A stretch of DNA of 25,325 bases from Octopus sinensis (GCF_006345805.1 NW_021836262.1:1-25325), one strand, 5' to 3'; positions 11,826 through 21,189 are shown, counted from the stretch's first letter. Notes: a model not told the origin generated them from the sequence alone. Numbers and translations are program-made.

Positions 11826-11900
11826 ATCTATGTTTAGGCGGATTCATAAATATGTTCATATGATGAGCATGCCTGTATGTATGGGTTTGTGTGTGTGTGT
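11517..11900 (+). repeat. Second local duplication (~138 bp period) inside (TA)/(TG)-rich DNA
   Basis: TGAAATAA(A)CTGAATAATGACATACATACATA at ~11519 and ~11656. Confidence 0.8.
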
Positions 11901-12038
11901 ATGTTGATAACTGCAGGATTTCAAAGGAAAACGTACTCAATTAGTACATCTCAGACGATTTGACAGCTGTCGTCAATGCAAAACTAATGGAATAATGTAA
12001 ATATTTTATGAAAGGCACACATAACAACAAAGAGGTGG

Positions 12039-12039
<1 letters not shown>

Positions 12040-12097
<58 letters not shown>

Positions 12098-12180
12098 CAT
12101 CATCATCATCATTATTATTATTTTTATTATTATTATTATTATTATTGTTATTATTATTAATATTATTATTGTCATTATTA

Positions 12181-12212
<32 letters not shown>

Positions 12213-12493
12213 GTTGGTGTTATTATTATTATTATTATCATTATTATTATTATTGTTGGTGTTATTATTATTATTATTATCATTATTATCATCATCATCA
12301 TCATCATCTTCATCATCATCACCATTATCATCGTTGTTCGTTATTCTTCTTCCTGTTATATTTGTCGTAGTCTCAGAAGTATTATTGGCGTTATTATCGG
12401 TTAGTAGTAGTGGTATTACAACAACAACAACTACTACTAGTACTGCTACTACTACTAGTACTACTAAAACTAATAATAATAATAATAATAATA

Positions 12494-12540
<47 letters not shown>

Positions 12541-12552
12541 TAATAATAATAA
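12040..12552. repeat. (ATT)n/(ATC)n array (12040-12330) facing an (AAT)n array (12470-12552)
   Basis: Direct inspection. Confidence 0.95.
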
Positions 12553-13055
12553 TAGTTATCGCCAAGCTAATATGGCAGTCCAGAAATATTAGACGAATGC
12601 TGCCGTTGTTTAGCTCCAAGCGACCATCGCCTCTAGCTCGCTATGTGACACAGGAACCTGTGTCCATTATAACATTCAACGAGGAAGCCAGCCGCTTCCC
12701 CTTGGTATTCAGGCACCTGCAGACTAGCTTCAGGGTATTTGCCACTTATCAATGCAGAGCTGCCGAATCCACCAGTCTGGAATACACCTACTGCTTTTTA
12801 AAAATAGAAATATCAATATTTCTAATTCTCACTTAAAGAGACTACGGCAGCGGTACTGGATATTAATAGTTACCGGCAGGCTAATATGGCAGGCCAGAAA
12901 TATAGGATGAATGCTGCCGTTGATTAGCTCCAAGAGACCATCGCCTCTAGCTATCTTAGCGATAACTATTAATATGCAGTACTGCTGCCGTAGTCTCCTT
13001 TAGAGAGTCTTAGAAATAATAATATTTCTATTTCTGAAAACCTGTAGATGTATTC
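12550..13055 (-). mobile_element. Hammerhead-bearing retrozyme/pLTR-like repeat: one ~314-bp unit, an ~89-bp partial tandem unit and an ~100-bp inverted partial unit
   Basis: TAATAGTTA...GCTAATATGGCAG at 12550 and 12864; 12955-13055 is the reverse complement of ~12778-12880; homologous to 15027-15335. Confidence 0.8.
12717..12757 (-). ncRNA. Degenerate type I hammerhead, U3:A8 variant
   Basis: CUGCA-UUGAUAA-GUGG-CAAAUA-CCCU-GAAG-CUAG-UC-UGCAG: perfect 5-bp stem I, but weakened stem II and GAAG in place of GAAA. Confidence 0.6.
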
Positions 13056-13152
13056 AACTGAATTGGGAACTGGCCATATCCCACGTGAAATACTGTCTAT
13101 GGAATATCATATTTTAAAAGAACCCTATTTTCTTCTGAAACATTCACTTGAA

Positions 13153-14232
13153 CAATGATGTCCAAGCCGCTGGCCGTATTTGGGTCCAATTAATATTTGC
13201 ATGCGGCCCGCTGGCGATTCAAATTCTAATTATACGTGTTATTTTCTAGTTATATTTTCTTTTTCTTTGATCATGTACGATGAGAAAATTATTCTGAGTT
13301 ATTTTGAACTCAGTGTTATTTTGAACGGACCAAAACCTCAATAGAGGGCGGTAAAATGAAGGAGGCCATGGGGTTTATGACGTAGAATGGCTGACTCTAC
13401 ATCATAGATTCAGCCATTGTGTTGATACATAATTAACAGCCATTGTTTCAGCTTCAAATCTTTTGCGGTCGGATCAATATTTATTGTGTTATTTCCTAAA
13501 CTTTGTTTACAATGTGAAGTGATAGTGACTTCGGTGTTTCTCGTCTAGGCTTAGTCTGATGTTAATGCTTTGTGCGGAAGAGACTAATTATTCTGTATTT
13601 GTTTCTGGTTTCTGGAATATTTACATCGGCGTGATTACGTAATAATTTCAATTGTTAATATTAATAGCGCAATTATTTGGTCATGGCATCCGATACTAAG
13701 AAGAGAAAAACAACAGGAAGAAAAGAGAAAATTCAATATCCTATGGACAGAATAATATTGAGTAATTGAAGCATGCAATAATATTACCTGCCTCATATGT
13801 AATGCTGAAACTGCTGTATGTCAGGAATATAATATTAAGCGTCACTCTGCTGCCAAACATGAGTCACAATATAAAGAATCAAACGGAGAAAGAAGGAAAA
13901 CGAAATGAGATTAAGTGAAGAAGAAGATTAGTTCACAAAAAAACAATTTTTAAAAACTGGTACATGTACAAATGTTTAGTTGTGTTATAGGGAAAAAATT
14001 GTCTCAGAAGGGTAAGCCACTGATAGATGGCGAATTAATAAAAGAATGTAATTGTTTGTAGTGAGTATTGTCCTGAGTAAGTGAACTTATTAAAGGAAAC
14101 AAATCTGTCGCATCGGACAATTGGTAGAAGTGTTTAAGACTTAGTTATCTGTTGTATCGTGGGTACATTGCAGACCCCATTGTCTAAATGTGTTCAATAC
14201 AGTTTAGTATTGGATGAAAGTATGGATAATAA
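13153..14232 (+). mobile_element. hAT DNA transposon (GTF2IRD2/SPIN/Charlie-like), left end plus 5' part of transposase
   Basis: Left end CAATGATGTCCAA...ATGCGGCCCGC resembles Charlie/OC1-type termini; transposase remnant follows; no right TIR found. Confidence 0.75.
13683..14232 (+). pseudogene. hAT transposase remnant with stops and frameshifts
   Basis: Hand translation: MASDTKKRK / RKFNILWTE*Y*VIEACNNITCLICNAETAVCQEYNIKRHSAAKH (BED-like CxxC...H...H) ... SQKGKPLIDGELIKEC / YCPE*VNLLKETNLSHRTIGRSV*DL / QYSLVLDESMD (first catalytic Asp, cf. FSLALDESTD). Confidence 0.88.
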
Positions 14233-14234
14233 TG

Positions 14235-14319
<85 letters not shown>

Positions 14320-14392
14320 CAACAATAATAATAATAATAATGATAATAGTAATAATAGTGATGATGATGATGATGATAATAATAATAATAAC
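14226..14392 (+). repeat. (AAT)n/(GAT)n array
   Basis: Direct inspection. Confidence 0.95.
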
Positions 14393-14394
14393 AA

Positions 14395-14850
14395 AAACAA
14401 CAAGAACAACCCACATGCAACCTAAACAAAACAATCTAATAACACATAACACACTCCATATTGCAAATGCCTGGGTAACCAACGCATTACACACACAACG
14501 CAAAAATGCAAATACAAGTACAACACTCCATTAAAAAAAAGTGACGCAATAGGATACCGAGGAGAAGTTGCACTTCACAATCAACAAAAAAGAACACACA
14601 ATGCTGCGCACACCCGCAATTACACGGAAGTGTAGCAGATGATCTTATAAAAATTTGCCTGAAACTACCGAATACTGAAAAATAATAACAGCAACAACAA
14701 GAATTCACAAAAACAATGAAAATAATGAAAGGAAACTGTGTCTTGATGTGAACCACCTAGGGAAAACTAAAAGAATTTTCTTGAAGAATATTTAAAAAAG
14801 GAATAGCTTCTGCCAGTTTCCCCGCCCTCGCGGCACGTACGTGTAAACGT
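14395..14850 (+). pseudogene. Possible heavily decayed Penelope (Neptune-like) C-terminal/GIY-YIG region
   Basis: A/C-rich strand; scattered motifs across frames (PTCN, PYCKCL, IG, TE, KLCL, RH) in the order expected; weak. Confidence 0.3.
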
Positions 14851-15026
14851 AAACACATGGAGAGGAGTGTCTCGTTACGAGAACTGCAAGCCCGTGAGTA
14901 AAATTTTGAATTTAAAATTTTAATTACTTATACATCTATCCATATTTATATAAGACCTCGATATATGTACATTACTGCTTGTTCCAAGTCTTTTACTGAT
15001 ACATCAATAATAATTATAACTACTAT

Positions 15027-15335
15027 TAATAGTTATTGCCAAGCTAACATGGCAGTCTAGAAAAATAGGACGAATGCTGCCGTTGATTAGCTACAAGAGA
15101 CCATCGCCTCTAGCTAGCTATTGGACACACAACACTGTGTCCATTATAACCTTCGAACAGGGGAGGTCAGCAGTTTACCCTTGCTGGTCTGGCAACCACA
15201 GACTAGTTTCGAGGTGGTTGCCTCTTATCAATGTGGAGTAGCCGAACCCAGCACGTTTCGGTGCTGACCTAAGTTCAGTGGAATACATCCACTGGTTTTC
15301 AAAAATTGAAATATCATTATTTCTAATTCTCTCTA
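15027..15335 (-). mobile_element. Second copy of the hammerhead-bearing repeat unit
   Basis: Colinear with 12550-12835, same left boundary TAATAGTTAT, hammerhead at the same offset (169 vs 167 nt). Confidence 0.85.
15196..15236 (-). ncRNA. Type I hammerhead ribozyme with U3:A8 core variant, apparently intact
   Basis: CCACA-UUGAUAA-GAGG-CAACCA-CCUC-GAAA-CUAG-UC-UGUGG: 5-bp stem I, 4-bp stem II, short stem III with palindromic CUAG, GUC cleavage triplet. Confidence 0.8.
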
Positions 15336-15389
15336 ATTATAAATACGAAAGGAACATCGACACTTGTCCATGGCCAGTTTTCAGTTTAA

Positions 15390-15695
15390 AAAGTAAACAC
15401 TGTAAGATAGGACCCAGGACACAGGACCCATAATAAAAACAACCAAAAGAGAAAGAACGGTGGACAGATAACCATAAATACTATGAAATAGTTGATTCTG
15501 ATTTATACAAGCTGCTATGCAACATTCCTCCAAAAACATACAGAAATAAACACATACCTCAAACACCCAGCAAAATGAACAAAGCCCACAACATATAACT
15601 TAGAAGGCCGATATCCGACGGAAGACACACAACATGTACTGCACAAACAACACACAATACAAGAAATAATACAACAAAAGTCTCAAACCAAATCC
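15390..15695 (+). pseudogene. Possible decayed Penelope RT-to-endonuclease linker
   Basis: A/C-rich; cross-frame motifs PIIK, YE, TPSKM..HNI, HVLHK, RNNTTKVS resemble the Neptune-type HKLHKIFNRNTVKVS; weak. Confidence 0.3.
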
Positions 15696-15699
15696 CTTA

Positions 15700-16034
15700 T
15701 CATTATTTATTTATGTATTCGTTTATTTATTTATTCATTAGTATTTGCGCATCTTCTAACTCTGGAGATGTACTACGGTGCCAGCTGTTCCCTACCAGTG
15801 AACTGACGTAACACACCCATATTTTTCGAGCATCATCCAGAGTATTCGAACGGTTTCAAGTAGTGCTGTTTTCTGCAAGTGCTCTACCCTTATTGCAGCC
15901 CCTAGATGTTTCATGTACGCCTCAAGATTTTTACTCACTGTTCCTAGGGTCCCCACAATTATTGGTACAACTACCACCTTTTTCATCGACCACAACTGCT
16001 TAACCTCCCAAGCTAACCTGTCATATATATCGAC
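15700..16034 (-). mobile_element. 5'-truncated R4/Dong-type non-LTR retrotransposon 3' end (RLE C-terminus, 3'UTR, AAT(A) tail)
   Basis: VDIYDRLAWEVKQLWSMKKVVVVPIIVGTLGTVSKNLEAYMKHLGAAIRVEHLQKTALLETVRIL matches the R4-clade pattern KY..L..E...LW....VVP.V.G.LG...LQK..LL. Confidence 0.85.
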
Positions 16035-16101
<67 letters not shown>

Positions 16102-16155
16102 GTTGTTGTTGTTGTTGTTGTTGTTGTTATTATTATTACTATTATTATTATTATA

Positions 16156-16211
<56 letters not shown>

Positions 16212-16221
16212 CATTATTATT
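16035..16221. repeat. (TTA)n with (TTG)n core
   Basis: Direct inspection. Confidence 0.95.
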
Positions 16222-16769
16222 GAGTGCATGCCATCAAAGTGACACTGGGGTAAAATATACGAAGCCCAATATACCCATCATGACTACCCGTCTGATAAAG
16301 GTACACCAGGCACATGCATCACAACCATATGTGCGCGACATGGTGATCTCATATCAAGATAAACAGCACATGACCTTGCAGGTGAGGCCCAGTTAGAAAT
16401 TTTCTTCAGGTTGAGTAGCCCATCGCGCTCAAAAGGTCCCTGAATAAGGGTTGTTTAAGGATGTTGAAAGAACCACCCATGTTTCCAGAGGTGAATTATT
16501 CAAACCCCAAAGAATCCCTCTCAACACATGGCTATGATGCTCCCCAACTACTTCTGCTCGTGATCAGAGATGCACATATTGTCAGCCACTAAGGGACATG
16601 TTCAACTGGTTACGGTCAAACAACTGACAAGCAAATCTGTGGTATTGAGCAGAATATTTGCTGTAGCCCATCTTTTATACCAAGACAAAACAATGTACAT
16701 GATAACACTTCCAATCAGTTAAGATCAGAAGCCATGAGAGCCACTGCCTGGTACTGCATCAGGGCATTT
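16222..16769 (-). mobile_element. ~550-bp non-coding element embedded in (TAA)n, probably non-autonomous
   Basis: GC-richer complex sequence sharply bounded by (TTA)n on both sides; no ORF of 60 aa; strand inferred from the shared TAA polarity with the neighbouring R4 piece. Confidence 0.55.
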
Positions 16770-16784
16770 GGTATTGCTATTTTT

Positions 16785-16789
16785 TATTA

Positions 16790-16868
<79 letters not shown>
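16785..16868. repeat. (TTA)n
   Basis: Direct inspection. Confidence 0.95.
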
Positions 16869-17644
16869 TCATGTTAATTCTTCTCATCACTCGTCAAATA
16901 GTTAAGTAGTAATCCTATAAGATTATATAAAAATTTATAATTAAAAATTATATGAATTTTGTAAAATTACACTTAAATAAAATTTCATGGACATTTATAT
17001 TAATAAAGTGACTGTTTTTTCATAATATGAGGAGAATTATTTCTTGATATCTATAAAGCTTTTCGTTTTCTTTTTCTTTCTTGAATTTGAACTCATTATA
17101 AATATTTCTTTACGATTTATATTATTTCCAATTTTACATTCTGCTCTTAATTTAAAAGTAATAATTCTTTAATTTTATTAATTTATTTCATATGTCCGCG
17201 TTGATTCATTAATTTCGGACTTCATTTCATCATTCAGTTTTTGTTTTTTTTTCAACTTTGATATCCGCTTCCATATTTATCATATTACAAGTATATTTGA
17301 TTCATTGGATTGTAATTTTGATTTAGTTTATATTATATATTTCATTTCATTATCCAACTTAGATTTTCTTTCTAGATTTTTCGCTTTTCAAATTTAATTT
17401 CTTTGCAGGAATCTTGATGATTTGTCAGATTCTTATAACAGTGTATGAAGAACCTGTCACTCATAACACTCTATCTCAGCTAAAGGTGAAGTGATATATG
17501 AGTATAGCAGGATTGTTGCTAAAATGGTGATAGGTACTTAAAGATTCTTTTTAGTGTAGGTTAAAATATATAGTGATGAGTCGTCACATGAGAATGAAAA
17601 CGCATGCCGTAGGTCGAAGATATGTTGAATAGAAAATTTTTTAC

Positions 17645-17830
17645 GGCGATCTGGCAGAAACGTTAGCACGCCGGGCGAAATGCGTAGCCGTATTTCGTCA
17701 GCCGTTACGTTCTGAGTTCAAATTCCGCCGAGGTCGACTTTGCCTTTCATCCATTTCAGGGTCGATTAAATAAGTACCAGTTACGCACTGGGGTCGATGT
17801 AATCGAATTAATCCGTCTGCCTGTCCTTTG
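17645..17830 (+). mobile_element. SINE family B, cut at its 3' part by a family A insertion
   Basis: GGCGATCTGGCAGAAACGTTAGCACGCC...GAGTTCAAATTCCGCCGAGGTCGACTTTGCCTTTCATCC...AAGTACCAG. Confidence 0.85.
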
Positions 17831-18020
17831 ACTGTCATTTGACTGTGGTCATGCTGAAGCACTGTCTTTAGTTGAGAAAATCGAACCCAGGAATTATTCT
17901 TTGTAAGCCTAGTACTTATTCTATAGGTCTCTTTTGCCGAACCGCTAATTTACGGGACGTAAACACACTAGCATCGGTTGTCAAGTGATGTTGCCGGGAC
18001 AAACACAGACACACACACAC

Positions 18021-18113
<93 letters not shown>

Positions 18114-18287
18114 TGTGTGTATACGACGGGCTTCTTTCAGTTTTCCGTCTACCATATCCACTCACAAGACTTTGGTCGGCCCGGGGCTATAGCAGAAGAC
18201 ACTTGCCCAAGATGCCACGCAGTGGGACTGAACCCGGAACCATGTGGTTGGTTAGCAAGCTAATTACCACACAGCCACTCCTAGGCC
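17831..18287 (-). mobile_element. tRNA-derived SINE family A
   Basis: Reverse complement of the 513-927 consensus with a longer (CA)n(TA)n tract. Confidence 0.92.
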
Positions 18288-19519
18288 TATGGTCTCTGAA
18301 ATAACTTTACATGACAGAGACATAGCTGGGAGATCAGAGAGTCTGTCCCTGTCGAAATTCTAGTCTCTGCATTGAAAGATCACAGCTTCCATAATATTGA
18401 CATGCGATTAGAATGGAGCTGGAAATAATCACAAGATGGAACCTTCAGGCCGAAGCAGCGGACCTAGTGTAGATTTTAGACCAAAAATGAAATGGTTGGT
18501 TAATATCTGTAGTCTTACCGGATCATGTTTGCAAACCCGAAAGAAAGAATAACGGTGATTGCTTCTGACAGGACTCTATAGAGGAGGTGCCTGACTCTAC
18601 TCGCCTCGACAATCCAAGATGGATAAAGTAGTTAGAGAATGGAGATTTTGTTTCGGTTTAATCGGAAAATTAACAACCAACAAAAGAATGGATTTTAAGT
18701 GCTTTATTTCTATTGATAGGTTATTGATTAGATATCTCTAAATTATGACAATTTAATGGCGGATTTCAAAGACAATTAAGCAGAGTTCTACATCTAAAAT
18801 AGATGAGACATGTAATTCCTGATAAGGAAGAAAATCTAGGTCTAAGAGAATTATGATTTTAGAAAATTAAATATAATATATATATATCGCTATCTCACTG
18901 AATATATTTACACGCGGGAAGAAAAATCAATTTAATTTATTCGTTTTGATATTATATCAGGAAGAGATATGATAGGAATGAGAATGGTTGTTATATATGA
19001 GTAGGGTATTAAGTACGCAAATGTCACTTTCATAAGGGAATAGGTATCGTTAAATACAGGCTGAAACGAAAATTATTCCTTTTATTAATAATTTTAAGAG
19101 AAGGTTTTATATGTGTTGCAATGATTAATGTTTACCTGTATAGTTTTATATTTATATTCGCAACACTAAATTCTACAATGAAATAAGTTCTGCAATAAAT
19201 TTTTGCTAAACTGCCATTATTTATTCACAGTTGTTAGGCAATCTGGTGGAGAAAATACTGATCGGTGAAACTAGCAGATGCTGTAGAAATGCGGCACTAA
19301 GTTTATATTATTATATTAAACGTAGTATAATTGACCTCATAGACCGAATTGATTATATTTCTGAAGAGAAAATGAAAGTAAGAGATGCTCTATGAAGAGA
19401 ATAAGTAGAAAAACGAAGGGGAAGATCTTAAATATAAAGAAATAGGATTACGGTATCAGAGAAAAGGTCAACTTAGAAATTTTTAAAAAGTAGACAACTG
19501 GTCGAGCGTTACATATTGC

Positions 19520-19655
19520 AATCATATGGCTGTGGTAAGAAGCTGCTTCCCAAACACATGGTTCCCAGTTCAGTCCCACTGCCGGGTACATTCGACAAGT
19601 GTCTTCTATTATAGCCTCGGAGTGGATTTGGTAGACGGAAACTGGAAGTACTGTG
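19520..19655 (+). mobile_element. Family A SINE head fragment
   Basis: TGGCTGTGGTAAGAAGC...CAGTTCAGTCCCACTG...GAGTGGATTTGGTAGACGGAAACTG. Confidence 0.75.
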
Positions 19656-19999
19656 GGTATCATTTTGTATAATGTAGAATATTTTTGTATCCAAATTGGA
19701 TTAACAACTTACTATTTTTCTCTCTAGTGTTTATATATGCCATACTATTTCATTTCCTTCTGGTGCTACACAAAATTACTTTCATAGGTTTACATATATT
19801 TACTGACAAGTAACGTATTGTAATATGACACTGATATTTTACCAAGTTTAGTTTCATTAGTTAAAACCTATTTTACATGCAATATTTATTTATAGTATTT
19901 AAGGTATGCTCTTTCTTATAAACTTTTCCAGAGCTGCTTAAATATTCTCGAAAGCTGAGGCATTAGCCAATGAGATTTGAAATAATTTTCTAGAAATAT

Positions 20000-20166
20000 T
20001 TCATAATAATTCCTTTATCTTAGCTTAGCTTTATGCATCATCGCCAAATGCCTGCTTAATCTTTTGCATGGTTTGAGCTTGGGTATCACCAGGCATTTGG
20101 TAAAATCTCTGTTCGATGCGTTCAGCGAAAGTCATAAATCAGAGGAGAGAACATTCAACATCTATA
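20000..20166 (-). pseudogene. mariner transposase 5' remnant (inverted copy)
   Basis: Reverse complement gives MTFAERIEQR / QMPGDTQAQT / KIKQAFGDDA / KIKE; aligns with 21243-21386. Confidence 0.7.
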
Positions 20167-20734
20167 TCTTTGTTCAAAAACTATACACACGAATAATAAT
20201 ATAAATTGTCATATTTCTTTGTAGTTAAAAGTACATATCTGGCAGAAATATTTACTGCAGTATGCTTAATAAAACACTCGTAAATTGTAACAGGTATTAT
20301 GTTTAAAAAGCATCATGAGAGTATTAAAAGTAAAACAAAAATTTTATTAGTTTTCTTTTCTCGTCTGTAAAGATGCAAATGACAACAGGATATATTTTAA
20401 TGATATCTGCTAACTCAATCATGTGTCTTTACTCAGGTACATTGTCTTTCAAGTACACTACTAACATATCATAAAATACAGGAATTTAATGAATAGTAAA
20501 CCATCGCTAATTTCAGAAAAATTGTCATAATACTTAATGAAAACCACTATTCCATTTTTTTCCTATCACTTAAAACATGTTTTCATAATTAAAGCACAAT
20601 TTACTTTACAAAACTTGATTTCAATTAATAGAAATAATAATGGCGTTTTCTTGGTAACATAACGAAAATAATTTCGTTTCATTTTCCAAAATGCTGCGTG
20701 GTACTACTTGCATTGTAACTCAAAACATCATCGC

Positions 20735-20751
20735 TGTGTGTATATATATAT

Positions 20752-20828
<77 letters not shown>

Positions 20829-20973
20829 ATATATACATACATACATACATACATACATACATACATACATACATACATACATGTGTGCATGTGCGTATAT
20901 GCACGCATGCGCACCATATATATAGAAGAGTGGAGGTAAAAAGCATATATATATAAATATGTATGTATGTACG

Positions 20974-21005
<32 letters not shown>

Positions 21006-21050
21006 CATACATACATACATACATATGTGTGTGTGTGTATGTTTGTGTCT
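20735..21050. repeat. (TA)n/(TACA)n/(TG)n cluster
   Basis: Direct inspection. Confidence 0.95.
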
Positions 21051-21180
21051 ATGTCTGTGTGTCTGTGTTTCTACGTTTGTTCTACCACCATCATCGCTTG
21101 ACAAACGTTGCTGGTGTATGCGTCGCCGTAATTTAGCGATTCGTTAAAATAGAACGATACAATAAAAACGATACAATAAA
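21030..21180 (+). mobile_element. Family A SINE central fragment
   Basis: CATCGCTTGACAAACGTTGCTGGTGT...GTAATTTAGCGATTCG matches the post-microsatellite body. Confidence 0.65.
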
Positions 21181-21189
21181 AACCTTGTA

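Noticed and set aside
11905-11940. TTGATAA...GAAAACGTA on plus (possible further U3:A8 hammerhead)
   Set aside because: Stems I and II cannot form.
11984-12592. Poly-Ile/Leu/Asn ORFs
   Set aside because: Trinucleotide arrays.
12550-12952. CRISPR-like or prokaryotic repeat array
   Set aside because: Long tandem units with no short repeat/unique spacer pattern, in a clearly eukaryotic context.
14855-14900. TCTCGT-T-ACGAGA hairpin as a decayed hammerhead after the putative endonuclease remnant
   Set aside because: Neither CUGANGA nor GAAA is present; too degenerate to support.
15245-15285. CTGAAC...CCGAAACGTGC on minus as a second hammerhead in the unit
   Set aside because: Core lacks G8/A9, no valid NUH triplet, and it is absent from the 12.7 kb copy.
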